A stretch of DNA of 64,000 bases from Anaeromyxobacteraceae bacterium (GCA_047602405.1 JASGHJ010000002.1:1504001-1568000), one strand, 5' to 3'; counted from the first letter of the stretch, positions 46,205 to 56,411 are shown. Notes: a model not told the origin generated them from the letters alone. Numbers and translations are program-made.

Positions 46205-46640
46205 GCGTCCGGGGCGCCCCGCCGCCCGGCGGGTGCCTCGCTCACCCGGATCCCTACGCCCTTCGCCCCGCCGCCGGGCACCGGCCGGGTGAGTGTTCAC
46301 CTGTGGTGATCGCCGCGGGTGAACGAATGCGTACACCCCTGGTGAAGCGCTCCGTTCACGGGGCTCCCGCGGCGGCAGCCCCTCCGGGAGTTTCCCCTGG
46401 AGTTGCGGCGATTTCGCCCGCCATGTCCCGATATCGGAGGACGCGGCCAGGGTGCAGCGTCCCTCCACAAAACGATTGTACCCTCTTGGGTCGTGGCAGG
46501 CAGGCAACCGGGCGTAGGTACGGACGAAAGGGTGATGTGGGTGTGACACCCCCTTTTCACCTACACGTCGCCGGTCTGACGATGCGCGCTCCACGGACAC
46601 CGGAGCACCTCCGCACACAGCACGCAGCGCGGAGCCCGCA

Positions 46641-46700
46641 GCACTCAGCAGCCTCGCATCCAGCAGGCCGGCATCCAGCGGACCGGCACCCCAGCAGCGC
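46641..46700. repeat. Degenerate 15-bp tandem repeat x4 (GCAYYCAGCRG core)
   Basis: gcactcagcagcctc / gcatccagcaggccg / gcatccagcggaccg / gcacccagcagcgcg, directly before SD AAGGAG. Confidence 0.7.
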
Positions 46701-46717
46701 GAAGGAGTACGACAGCC

Positions 46718-47713
46718 ATGCAAGCCGCCATCGCGAGCGAGATCGGAAACCTCTTTCAACACGTCGCGGCGTTCAACGCGCTCGCCACCGGGCTCGACGC
46801 CGAGCTGACCACGGCGCACGCGCCCACCGACGAGCACCGCGTGCTCCTCGGCTCGGGCATCGAGCAGCTGCTCGAGCAGGTCGTGCAGTTCGAGGATCAC
46901 GTCGGCGAGGTCGCGCCCGACGTGCTGCGCTCGACGCAGCTCACGTTCCGGCGGCTCACCTCCGACGTGTTCTGCAAGAGCCGGATGATCGACCGCGCGC
47001 TCCGCAAGCCTCGCGGCTACGCCGGCGACCACGCGCTCATGGACCTCTACTACACGGGCCAGGTCGCGCCGGAGGGCTTCGGCCAGGTCCTCGACACGTA
47101 CATGCACGGCATCCCCGCCTCGCGCGCGGTGGTGGACCGCAAGGAGTTCGTGAAGCGCTGGCTCTCGCAGCGCGTGACCCGCCGCTCCTGCGCGAAGGTC
47201 GTCGACCTCGCGTGTGGCCCGTGCCGCATCGAGCGCGAGCTGTTCGACGCCGGCCGCGTGGCGGACGCGCAGCTCGTGGTGGTGGACAACGACCCCGAGG
47301 CGCTCGCCTACGCGCGCCGCGTGCTCGGGCCGTACGCCGGGCAGGTGGAGTACGCGGAGGAGAACGCGATCAAGATGGCGCGCGCCCGCAAGGTCCCGCC
47401 CTCGATCGCCGGCGCGAGCTTCGTCGTCTCGCTCGGCCTCTTCGACTACCTGCCGCGCGTCCTCGCGGTGAGCCTCCTCCGCGCGCTCCGGCAGAGCACG
47501 GCGCCGGGCGGCGAGCTCCTGATCGGCAACTTCGCCGAGGGCAACCCGACCCGCCCGTTCATGGAGTGGGCGTCGGACTGGGTGCTCATCTACCGGAGCG
47601 TGGACGAGTTCACCCGGCTGTTCCTCGACGCCGGCTTCGCGCCCGACGACCTCACCGTGGAGCGCGAGACCGAGGACGGCCTCGTCCTCATGGTGACCGC
47701 CCGGGTAGGGTAG
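46718..47713 (+). CDS. Class I SAM-dependent methyltransferase, PhcB-like
   Basis: KPRGYAGDHALMDLYY, VVDLACGP, VDND.EAL, SLGLFDYL, PGGELLIGNF and FMEW..DW.LIYR motifs. Confidence 0.8.
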   Translation: MQAAIASEIGNLFQHVAAFNALATGLDAELTTAHAPTDEHRVLLGSGIEQLLEQVVQFEDHVGEVAPDVLRSTQLTFRRLTSDVFCKSRMIDRALRKPRGYAGDHALMDLYYTGQVAPEGFGQVLDTYMHGIPASRAVVDRKEFVKRWLSQRVTRRSCAKVVDLACGPCRIERELFDAGRVADAQLVVVDNDPEALAYARRVLGPYAGQVEYAEENAIKMARARKVPPSIAGASFVVSLGLFDYLPRVLAVSLLRALRQSTAPGGELLIGNFAEGNPTRPFMEWASDWVLIYRSVDEFTRLFLDAGFAPDDLTVERETEDGLVLMVTARVG

Positions 47714-47789
47714 CGGCGGGGGCCCCCGGGCGCGGCGCGGCCCGTCTTCGTTGCGACGGGGGGCGTCGCGTGGTTACCTGGGTCCCTCC

Positions 47790-48875
47790 ATGGACCCGCA
47801 CGACCCGAACGCCCCGCTGCCGACCACCCCGGTCGATCCGCCCGAGCCCCCGCGCGCCGCGCCGCCGGCGCCGCCGCCCGCCGCCTGGGGGGCGCCGCCG
47901 GCCTGGTCGGCGCCCCCGTCGGCGATGCCGCCCCCGCCGCCTCCGGCGCGGGACCGGCTCGCCCTCGGCATCGTCGCCTTCATCTTCGGCGGCCTGTTCC
48001 TCGTGTTCTTCGGGTTCCTCGTGCTCGCCTACAGCGCGGTGCGCGGGGAGACCCCGTCGATCGCGGGCGGCCCGCGGGTGGGCGTCCTCGAGCTGAAGGG
48101 CGGCATCGGGATGGGGGAGGGCGGCGTCGACGCCGAGCGGGTCATGAAGCAGGCCCGCAAGTTCGCCGAGGACTCCGGCATCAAGGGCGTCGTGGTCCGC
48201 GTCGAGTCGCCCGGCGGCGCGGTGGGCCCGACCCAGGAGATCTTCGAGGAGGTGAAGCGCCTCGCGGCGAAGAAGCCGGTGGTCTGCTCGCTCGGCTCCA
48301 TCGCGGCCTCGGGCGGCTTCTACGTGGCGATGGCCTGCCCGAGGATCGTCTCCACCCCCAGCACGCTCGCCGGCTCGATCGGCGTCATCTCGCAGTTCCC
48401 GAACGTCCGCGGGCTCGCCGAGAAGGTCGGCGTCGACGTGGAGACGGTGAAGAGCGGCAAGATGAAGGACGTCGGCAACCCGTTCCGCGCCATGGGCCCC
48501 GAGGAGCGCGCCTACTGGCAGGAGGTCTCCGACCGGATCCACGCGCAGTTCATCAAGGCGGTGGCCGAGGGGCGCAAGCTCAAGGAGGAGGACGTCCGGA
48601 GGTTCGGCGACGGGCGGGTCATCACCGGCGACCAGGCGCTCGAGCTCAAGCTCGTCGACCAGCTCGGGAACTTCTACGACGCGGTCGACGTGGTGAAGGC
48701 CCAGGCCAAGATCTCCGGCGAGCCGACCCTGGTCTACCCGCTCGACGAGAAGTCGCGCTTCCTCGACTCCATCATGGGCGGGGCGGCGAAGGCGCTCGTG
48801 GGCGCGGTGCGCGAGGGCGTCGCGGCCGAGGCGCTCGAGGCGCGCGCCCCGGGGCTGTACTTCCTGGCGCGCTGA
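47790..48875 (+). CDS. sppA: Signal peptide peptidase SppA (36K type)
   Basis: RVESPGG, AASGGFYVA, GSIGV, KSGKMKD and DGRVITGDQAL motifs. Confidence 0.93.
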   Translation: MDPHDPNAPLPTTPVDPPEPPRAAPPAPPPAAWGAPPAWSAPPSAMPPPPPPARDRLALGIVAFIFGGLFLVFFGFLVLAYSAVRGETPSIAGGPRVGVLELKGGIGMGEGGVDAERVMKQARKFAEDSGIKGVVVRVESPGGAVGPTQEIFEEVKRLAAKKPVVCSLGSIAASGGFYVAMACPRIVSTPSTLAGSIGVISQFPNVRGLAEKVGVDVETVKSGKMKDVGNPFRAMGPEERAYWQEVSDRIHAQFIKAVAEGRKLKEEDVRRFGDGRVITGDQALELKLVDQLGNFYDAVDVVKAQAKISGEPTLVYPLDEKSRFLDSIMGGAAKALVGAVREGVAAEALEARAPGLYFLAR

Positions 48876-48915
48876 AGCGCGACATCTCCTGGCGCGCTGA
48901 AGGAGGACGGTCGAG

Positions 48916-49410
48916 GTGAGCCAGCAGCCGCTGTGGGCCCCGTGGCGGATGGCGTTCATCCGCTCCGAGAAGCCGAAGGGGTGCATCTTCTGCCAGTTCC
49001 CGGCCGACCCGCCCGAGCGGGACCGGGAGAACCTGGTCGTGCATCGCACCGCGCGCTCCTTCGCGGTGCTCAACAAGTTCCCGTACACCTCGGGTCACCT
49101 GATGGTGATCCCGCGGGCCCACGTGAACGACCCGGGCCTGCTCGGGCCCGAGGACTGGGCCGACCTCCAGGCCGAGCTCCGGCTCGCCGTGTCGGTCGTG
49201 CGGGAGGTCTACCGGCCGGAGGGGCTCAACGTCGGCATGAACCTCGGCCAGGCCGCCGGCGCGGGCATCGCCGACCACATGCACTGGCACGTCGTGCCGC
49301 GCTGGCTCGGCGACAACAACTTCATGCCGGTCCTCGCCGACCAGCGGGTGATCGTCGAGGCCCTCGACCAGGCCTGGACGACCCTGTCGGCGGGCTTCGC
49401 GGGGCGGTAG
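48916..49410 (+). CDS. HIT-family hydrolase (FHIT/Ap4A phosphorylase-like)
   Basis: LWAPWR, CIFC, LNKFPYTSGHLMV and HMHWHVVPRW motifs. Confidence 0.92.
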   Translation: MSQQPLWAPWRMAFIRSEKPKGCIFCQFPADPPERDRENLVVHRTARSFAVLNKFPYTSGHLMVIPRAHVNDPGLLGPEDWADLQAELRLAVSVVREVYRPEGLNVGMNLGQAAGAGIADHMHWHVVPRWLGDNNFMPVLADQRVIVEALDQAWTTLSAGFAGR

Positions 49411-49412
49411 CC

Positions 49413-50510
49413 GTGGATCCGGCCGGGCTCGCGGCGGTGGCCACGGCGCTCGCCGTCGCCGGGCTCGTCGTCGCCTGGGAGCGCTACCGCCGCCGTCAGG
49501 AGGCGAAGGCCTGGCTGGACTCGGTGCGCTCCGTCATCTCGGGCGATCCCGACGCGGCCATCGAGGCCCTCTCCGACGCCGCCCGGCTGCGCAGCCCGCA
49601 GGCGATCGACACCTACCTCGCGCTCGGCCAGCTCTTCCGGCGCGAGGGTGACCTCTCCCGCGCGCTCCGGCTCCACCGCAACATGCTCCACGGCCCGGAC
49701 CTCACCCCGGCCCGGCGCGCCGAGGTCGAGCGCGAGCTCGCGGAGGACTACCGGCGCAGCGGGATGCTCGCCGAGGCGGCCGAGATCCTGCGGCGCCTCG
49801 CGCCCGCCGACCCCGCCGCCGCCGTCGGCCTGCGCGAGGTGCTCTACGAGGGCGGAGACCTCGCGGGCGCCATCGAGGTGCAGCGCGCCGCGGGCGGCGC
49901 GGGGCCGGACCCCATCCTGGCCCACCTGCTCGCGGCCCGCGCCCGGCAGCTCGCGGGCTCGGACCCGTCCGGCGCGGCCGAGGCCGCCGCGCGGGCCGTC
50001 GAGGCGCACCCGGCGAGCGCCGATGCGTGGCTCGCGACCGCCGAGCTGCGCGGCGCCGCCGGCGACGCGCCGGGCGCGCTCGACGCCGTGGGGCGGGCCC
50101 TCGACGCCGAGCCCCGCGCGGCGCCCCTCGCGGCGGCGGCGCTCGCGGCGCTGCCGGCCGCCGGGGCGGGCGCGTGGCTCGCGGCCCGGCGGCAGGGCCG
50201 GCCCGACGACGCGGGCCTCCTCGTGCTCGAGGCGCGCGCGCTCGGGCGGCAGGGGCTCGAGGCCGGGGCGCTCGCGGCGCTCCGCGCGGCGCTCGCGGTC
50301 GACCGCGACGAAGGCGCGGTGCTCTCCATCCGGGAGCTCCTGCAGGACCCCCGGGCCCGCGCCGCCGAGGGCGACCTCGCCGCGCGGCACGCGCTGCTCG
50401 TGGACGTCCTGTCCCGCCCCGTCGCGCCGCCGCGCTGCCGGCGCTGCCAGGCGGCCGCCTCCGCCCGCACCTTCCGCTGCCGGGCCTGCGGTGCCTACGG
50501 GCTGATTTAG
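49413..50510 (+). CDS. LapB/YciM-like TPR protein with C-terminal rubredoxin-type Cys motif
   Basis: N-terminal TM; YLALGQLFRREGDLSRALRLH; LAEDYRRSG; CRRC...CRAC. Confidence 0.8.
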   Translation: MDPAGLAAVATALAVAGLVVAWERYRRRQEAKAWLDSVRSVISGDPDAAIEALSDAARLRSPQAIDTYLALGQLFRREGDLSRALRLHRNMLHGPDLTPARRAEVERELAEDYRRSGMLAEAAEILRRLAPADPAAAVGLREVLYEGGDLAGAIEVQRAAGGAGPDPILAHLLAARARQLAGSDPSGAAEAAARAVEAHPASADAWLATAELRGAAGDAPGALDAVGRALDAEPRAAPLAAAALAALPAAGAGAWLAARRQGRPDDAGLLVLEARALGRQGLEAGALAALRAALAVDRDEGAVLSIRELLQDPRARAAEGDLAARHALLVDVLSRPVAPPRCRRCQAAASARTFRCRACGAYGLI

Positions 50511-50730
50511 GAGGGGGCATAGCCCCCTCCCCGCGGAGCAAGGCTCCGCGGGGCCCCTCCCCGGATCTGCTCCGCTGCGCTTCGCAGGGGGGCGTCCCTC
50601 GTCTCCGGCCCCGCTGCGCGGGGCCTACGCTCGGGATGGCCGGTCTCCGTCCCCGGATCTGCTCCGCTGCGCTTCGCAGAAGGGGCGTCCCTCGTCTTCC
50701 CCGGATGCTCCGCTGCGCTTCGCAGGGGGA
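50511..50730. repeat. Composite REP-like array (A-B-C-B-partial C-B)
   Basis: Three copies of ccccggat(ct)gctccgctgcgcttcgcag interleaved with module C sequence. Confidence 0.8.
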
Positions 50731-50751
50731 GTTCATCGGCGCGGCCCGGCG

Positions 50752-50780
50752 TTGCATGTTCCGCGCCCGACCGGTATAGC
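50752..50780 (+). promoter_or_regulatory. Putative sigma70 promoter of argS
   Basis: TTGCAT-N17-TATAGC, 11 nt before ATG 50792. Confidence 0.5.
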
Positions 50781-50791
50781 CGTCGGTCCTT

Positions 50792-52595
50792 ATGGTGCGT
50801 GAACGCGTTCAGGAGCTTCTTCCGGGCGGCGCTCGCCCGCGGCGCGGCCGAGGGCCGCTGGCCCGGCGGCGACGTCGAGTTCGCGGTGTCGACCCCGCGC
50901 GACCCGGCCCACGGCGACTTCGCCGTGAACGCCGCGATGGTGCTCTCGAAGCCGGCCGGCAAGCCGCCCCGCGAGCTCGCCCTCGCGATCGTGGAGGCCG
51001 TGAAGGTCGTCGACGCCGAGGGCGAGATCGCGTCGCTCGAGGTGGCCGGCCCCGGGTTCATCAACGTTCGGCTCGCCGCCGACGTCTGGCTGCGCGCGCT
51101 CGAGCGCGCCATCGTGGCCGGCGAGGCGTACGGCCGGACCCACGTCGGCAAGGGCCAGAAGGTCATCGTCGAGTACGTCTCCGCGAACCCCACCGGCCCG
51201 ATGCACGTCGGCCACGGCCGCGGCGCCGTCGTGGGCGACGGGGTGCAGTCCTTGCTCCGCTGGGCGGGCTTCGACGTCACCCGCGAGTACTACGTCAACG
51301 ACTACGGCGCGCAGGTGCAGACGCTCGCGCGCTCGGTGCACCTGCGCTACCAGGAGCACTTCGGCCGCACGGTCACGATGCCGCCGAAGAGCTACCCGGG
51401 CGAGTACGTGAAGGAGATCGCCGCGAAGCTCGCCGCGGCGCACGGGCAGCGGTTCCTCGACGCGCCCGAGGCGGAGTGGCTCGACCTCTTCCGCGACACC
51501 GCGGTCGCGTTCGTCCTCGAGATGATCAAGGAGGACCTCGCCACCGTCGCGATCCAGTTCGACGTCTGGTCGAGCGAGAAGGCCCTCTACGCGTCCGGGA
51601 CCGTCGACCGGTTCCTGAAGGAGCTCGAGCAGAAGGGGCTCGTCTACGTCGGGAAGCTCCCGCCCCCGAAGTCGAAGAAGGGCGCGCCGCCGCCGCCGGT
51701 CCAGCAGGGCCCCGACGAGGAGGGCATGACCGCCCAGGACGACCTCACGCTCTTCCGGTCGTCGCAGTACGGCGACGAGGTGGACCGCCCGGTGAAGAAG
51801 GCGGACGGCACGCCGACCTACTTCTGCGCGGACATCGCCTACCACTGGGCGAAGCGCCAGCGCGCGACGAAGCTCGTCGACGTCTTCGGCGCCGACCACG
51901 GCGGCTACGTGCCCCGGCTCCACGCCGCGATGCAGGGGCTCGGCTACTCGAAGGACGACCTGCACGTCATCCTGCTGCAGATGGTGAACCTCACCCGCGG
52001 CGGCGAGGCCGTGAAGATGTCGAAGCGCGCCGGCACGGTGGTGGGCATGCGCGACGTCGTCGACGACGTCGGCCGGGACGCGACGCGGTTCATGTTCCTC
52101 ACCCGCCGCGCCGACGCGCAGCTCGACTTCGACCTCGAGCTCGCGAAGAAGCAGTCGATGGACAACCCGGTCTTCTACGTGCAGTACGGGCACGCCCGGC
52201 TCTCCTCGATCTTCGCGAAGGCGAGGGAGGCCGGCGCACCCGTGCCGGCGTTCGACCTCGAGACGGCCCGGCTCCTCCGGTCGGCGGGCGAGCTCGACCT
52301 CGTCCGGCGCATCGCCGCGTTCCCGGACATGCTCGCCGCGGCGGCCGTCGCCTACGAGCCCCACCGCGTCGCCTTCTACCTTCAGGAGACGATCGCCGCG
52401 TTCCATTCCTGGTACACGCAGGGGGCCCGGGCCGGCGAGAAGGTCGTCTCGGACGATCCCCGGACCACGGCCGCCCGCCTGCTCCTGTGCCGGGCCCTGC
52501 GCCAGGTGCTCGCGAACGGGCTCGCCGTCCTGGGCGTCTCGGCCCCGGACCGGATGCAGACGCCGGAAACTCGCGAAGCGGAGGGCGAGGTCTAG
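50792..52595 (+). CDS. argS: Arginine--tRNA ligase; likely ATG 50792 with +1 frameshift at ~50817 (alternative GTG 50799)
   Basis: HGDFA, GPGFIN, EYVSANPTGPMHVGHGR, GADHGGY, KMSKRAG and YVQYGHAR motifs. Correcting GCTTCTTC gives MVRERVQELFRAAL. Confidence 0.96.
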
Positions 52596-52607
52596 AATCC
52601 CTCCCGC

Positions 52608-53366
52608 ATGCAGGGGAACGTCCGGACCTCTCCGAGGGAGAAGCTCGCGGTCACGCTCGACGGCCGGCAGATCGCCGGCGTCGTCGTGGGCGCGCTCGTC
52701 ATCGTCGCGGTGGTGTTCGTGCTGGGCCTGAACGTCGGGCGCCAGCTCGGCGTGCGGCAGGCCGAGGCCGCGCGCGGGCCGACCCTCGAGCAGCTGGACC
52801 GGCCGGCGCCCACGCCCCCGGTGAGCCCGGAGAAGCTCACGTTCCACGAGACCCTCACGAAGGCGAAGCCCGAGGCCGTCCCGCCTCCGGGCGCCGCCGC
52901 CCCGCCGCCCACCGCGAAGCCGGGCCCCGCTCCCGTCACCACCGTCGCCATGCCGTCGCCGGCGCCCGCGCCGAAGCCCGAGGCGACCCCTCCGTCGCCC
53001 GCGCCGCAGCCGGCCCCGGCGAGCGCCCCCGTCGCGGCCGCGCCGAAGCCCGCGCCGGCGCCCGCCGCGAAGCCCGCGGCCTCGACGCCCGCGCCGAAGC
53101 CCGCCGCCGTCGCGGCGGCGCCCGCCCCGGGCGGTGCGTTCACGATCCAGGTGGGCGCGACCACCAGCCGGGGCGAGGCCGATCGGCTCGCCGCGAAGTT
53201 CCAGGCCTTCCACCCCCGCGTCGAGTCGGCGGAGGTGCCCGGCAAGGGGCGCGTGTTCCGCGTGCGGCTCGGGAGCTTCGCGACCCGCGAGGAGGCCTCG
53301 AAGTACCTCTCGGACGTGACGCGCGAAACCGGGGCCAAGGAGCCCTACGTCGCCTCGGCGCACTGA
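52608..53366 (+). CDS. SPOR-domain cell division protein (FtsN/DedD-like)
   Basis: TM, LTFHETL, Pro/Ala linker, FTIQVGA...FRVRLGSFATREEA; follows argS. Confidence 0.9.
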   Translation: MQGNVRTSPREKLAVTLDGRQIAGVVVGALVIVAVVFVLGLNVGRQLGVRQAEAARGPTLEQLDRPAPTPPVSPEKLTFHETLTKAKPEAVPPPGAAAPPPTAKPGPAPVTTVAMPSPAPAPKPEATPPSPAPQPAPASAPVAAAPKPAPAPAAKPAASTPAPKPAAVAAAPAPGGAFTIQVGATTSRGEADRLAAKFQAFHPRVESAEVPGKGRVFRVRLGSFATREEASKYLSDVTRETGAKEPYVASAH

Positions 53367-53382
53367 GGCTAGATTCGATCCG

Positions 53383-53742
53383 ATGACCTTCGAGAACCCG
53401 AAGCGTGTCGAGAAGCCCTGGGGTCACGAGCTCTGGTGGGCGCAGACGGACCGGTACGTCGGCAAGCTCCTGCACGTGAAGGCGGGGTTCCAGCTCTCGC
53501 TGCAGTACCACGTGAAGAAGGACGAGACGATCCACCTCTGGAGCGGGCAGATGGTGCTCGTGCTCGAGGAGGGCGGGAAGCTCGTCGATCACCCGATGAG
53601 GCCGGGCGAGAGCTACCACGTGCGGCCCGGCACCGTGCACCGCATGCGCGCCATCACCGACTGTGACGTCCTCGAGGTCTCCACGCCCGAGGTCGACGAC
53701 GTGGTGCGCGTGCAGGACGACTACGGCCGGCAGGGGAAGTAG
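53383..53742 (+). CDS. Cupin-domain protein (mannose-6-phosphate isomerase type II-like)
   Basis: VEKPWGHE, LSLQYHVKKDET, VHRM and EVSTPEVDDVVR motifs. Confidence 0.88.
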   Translation: MTFENPKRVEKPWGHELWWAQTDRYVGKLLHVKAGFQLSLQYHVKKDETIHLWSGQMVLVLEEGGKLVDHPMRPGESYHVRPGTVHRMRAITDCDVLEVSTPEVDDVVRVQDDYGRQGK

Positions 53743-53894
53743 GTCCTTCCCGCGTCGGCCCGGACAGGCCCCCCGGGCGAGCGGCCCCTCGGTTTCCCCC
53801 CATCCGAAGCGCGACGCCGCCTGCGCGCCCCTCGCCGGGCGCGCACGCGCCTACGCGCGCGGCGTTCTGGCGCGCCGGCCAGGAACGCGGCGCG

Positions 53895-54167
53895 TCAGCG
53901 GGCGAGCAGGAGCCCCAGCGCGGCGGCGAGCACGACGAGCGCGATGAGCAGGAGTCCCATCCGCCGCGGATCCCGCTTGCGCTCGCGTACCCCGTGGAGG
54001 GCCCCCATGTGGCCCGCGCGGGTCCAGACCGTGGCGCTCTCCTGCTTCACGAGATCCTCGTCGCCGAGGAACCCGGCCTCGTAGAGCCGGACGAGATCCT
54101 CGAGCGACGGCACCACGAGCGCCTCGCCGTCCGGGCCCTTCACGAGGTAGCGGACGGGCTTCTTCAA
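53895..54167 (-). CDS. Small membrane protein with GYF_2-like N-terminal domain
   Basis: TTG start overlapping upstream stop (TTGA); SLEDLVRLYEAGFLGDEDLV...W; C-terminal TM. Confidence 0.6.
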   Translation of the reverse strand: MKKPVRYLVKGPDGEALVVPSLEDLVRLYEAGFLGDEDLVKQESATVWTRAGHMGALHGVRERKRDPRRMGLLLIALVVLAAALGLLLAR

Positions 54168-55772
54168 GCCGGCCCGAGCTCCGCGCAGATCGCCTCCGCC
54201 ACGCGCAGCCCGTCCACCGCCGACGAGACGATGCCGCCCGCGTAGCCCGCGCCCTCGCCCGCCGGGTAGACGCCGCGCAGGGTGGGGGACTGGGAGATCG
54301 TCGCCGCGCACGAGCCGGCAAGGGCTCGAGGTCCGGGTCTCCACGCCGACGAGGAGCGCGTCGTCGGTCACGAAGCCGCGCATCCGCTTCTCGAAGCCGC
54401 GCAGGCCGGCACGGAGCGCCTCCTTCACCTGCGCCGGGAAGAGCACCGAGAGGTCCGCCTGCACGACGCCGGGCCGGTAGGAGGTCTTCCCCGGGGGCGC
54501 CCCGGGCTTCCCGGCGAGGTAGGCGGAGAGCCGCTGCGCCGGGGCGACGTAGCCTCCGCCGCCGAGCGCGTACGCGGCCTGCTCCCACCGCCGCTGCCAG
54601 GCGAGGCCCGCGAGCGGGCCCTCGAAGCCCTCGGCCGCGTAGTCGGCGGGCGAGACCGCCACGACGATGCCCGCGTTCGCGAAGGGCGAGGAGCGGTGCG
54701 AGTTCGACATGCCGTTCGTGCACTGCATCCCGGGCTCGGTGGGGGTGGGCACCACCACGCCGCCGGGGCACATGCAGAACGAGAACACGCCGCGCGGCGC
54801 GCCGCCGACGCGCGGGTTGTCGGCGAGCTTGTAGTCCGCGGGCGGGAGCTTCGGGTGGCGGGCCTGCCCGCCGTACTGGATGCGGTCGATGAGCGGCTGC
54901 GGGTGCTCGGCGCGGAAGCCGACCGCGAACGGCTTCGCCTCGATGGGCCAGCCGCGCGCGGCGAAGAGCTCGAAGAGCTCGCGGGCGCTGTTCCCGGGCG
55001 CCAGCACGAGCCGGTCGGAGTCGAGCGTCCGGCCGTCGGCGAGCCGGAGGCCCGCGAAGCGGGAGGCCCCGGTCGCGTCCGGCCGGAGCTCGAGGTCGAC
55101 GGCGCGCGCCTCCCAGACGAACGTGCAGCCGCCCTTCTCGAGCTCCTCGACCATCGCCGAGATCGCGCCGGGGAGGAGGTCCGAGCCGACGTGCGGCTTC
55201 CCCTCGGAGAGGATGCGCGCGACGCCGCCGAAGCGGGCGAAGAGCTCCACGACCTTCTTGACGGCGGGGTGGTGGATCCGGGTGCCGAGCTTGCCGTCGG
55301 TGTACGCGCCGGCGCCGCCCTCGCCGAAGCTCATGTTCGACTCGGGGTCGAGCTCGCCGGAGCGCATCAGCTTCGCGACGTCCCGCCGGCGGGGGCCGAC
55401 CTTCCGCCCGCGATCGACCACCACCGACGCGACGCCGCGCTCGAGGAGCGCCCAGGCGGCGAAGAGCCCCGCCGGTCCGGCGCCCAGGATGACCGGCCGG
55501 GCGGCGGGGGCTCGCACGCGGCCAGGCGCAGGCTCCGGGGCCGGGGCGGGGGAGACGTCCGTGGGGGCGCCACGGAGCTCGCCCTCGAGCGTCACCTCGA
55601 GGTTCACGAGCCAGCGGACGTGCCCCTTCTTCCGGGCGTCGAGCGACCGCCGCACGACCGCGACGTCCCTCAGGGCCTCGCGGGCGACCCCGAGGCGTTC
55701 GGCGGCCCGCTCGACCAGACGAGACTCGTCCTCGTCGAGCCAGAGAGGGACGTTCTGCACGCGGTAACGCAA
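54164..55772 (-). CDS. FAD-dependent oxidoreductase (COG2509-type); +1 frameshift at ~54293
   Basis: RRSLDARKK, ILGAGPAGLF, FGEGGAGAYTDGKL, SFCMCPGG, GVETRTSSP; corrected tail YPAGEGAGYAGGIVSSAVDG. Confidence 0.9.
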
Positions 55773-55923
55773 TGGGGGCCTCGGGGCGCGAACGGTGCTT
55801 CGCGGGGGGCTCGGATTCGGGCGGCAGCTGCGAAGAGATCTACGCAGCGGGGATGTACGCGTACGTGGCCCCTGAAAGGGACAAGGGCCTGGAATCACGA
55901 GCAAATCGAGAAATCGGTCGCGG

Positions 55924-55939
55924 TGGCCTGCCCCTTGCT
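55924..55939 (+). promoter_or_regulatory. Putative sigma54 promoter (-24/-12)
   Basis: TGGCCTGCCCCTTGCT = TGG-N10-GC with TTGCT -12 box, ~80 nt upstream of the ATG at 56018. Confidence 0.55.
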
Positions 55940-56017
55940 CAAGGGAGGGGCACCGATTCAAGTGCGGTTCGTAGCCCCTCTTGCAGCCGTTCGCAACGGG
56001 CTCAATGGAGAATCCAA

Positions 56018-56230
56018 ATGGTGCCCGGCATCCTCGACGCCAAGGGAACGAAGATCCTCGCCAAGTCGCTCTTCAAGGAGCTGCGCGGCAACGGCTACTC
56101 GACGCAGCAGATCCTGAGCCTCTCGACCGAGCTCATCGAGCTCGTCACGCAGGACATCCGCGCGGCCGAGGCCGACGTGGCGATCCCTCCTTCGGTGGAC
56201 TCCCAGCCCTCGCGCCAGGCGACGCTCTAG
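56018..56230 (+). CDS. Small hypothetical protein (70 aa)
   Basis: SD GGAG; ILAKSLFKELRGNGYSTQQILSLSTELIELVT amphipathic helices. Confidence 0.75.
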   Translation: MVPGILDAKGTKILAKSLFKELRGNGYSTQQILSLSTELIELVTQDIRAAEADVAIPPSVDSQPSRQATL

Positions 56231-56335
56231 CGCCCCGGGTCCCTCCTCCGCGCGCCACGGGTGCGCGACGCCTGACGGCGCCGGAAACCACCGGCGCCGT
56301 TCGTGTTTTCAGGGCCCGGTGCGTCCTCGTTTCCG

Positions 56336-56364
56336 TTGACGGTCCCTCCCTCCGAGCGTAGCTT
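56336..56364 (+). promoter_or_regulatory. Putative sigma70 promoter of gap-pgk-tpiA-secG
   Basis: TTGACG-N17-TAGCTT, SD GGAGG downstream. Confidence 0.65.
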
Positions 56365-56411
56365 CACGCCGCGTTTCGGCTTTACGAACCCACACGAAAG
56401 CGGAGGAAGAG

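Noticed and set aside
50511..50730. Three near-identical ~29-bp repeats resembling a mini CRISPR array
   Set aside because: The intervening sequences are unequal in length, related to each other and to the element at 18736; the repeat also occurs alone at 34651; no cas genes.
53895..55961. Apparent oxidoreductase-membrane protein fusion (688 aa)
   Set aside because: The +1 insertion at ~54293 skips the conserved GEGAGYAGGI tail; these are two genes.
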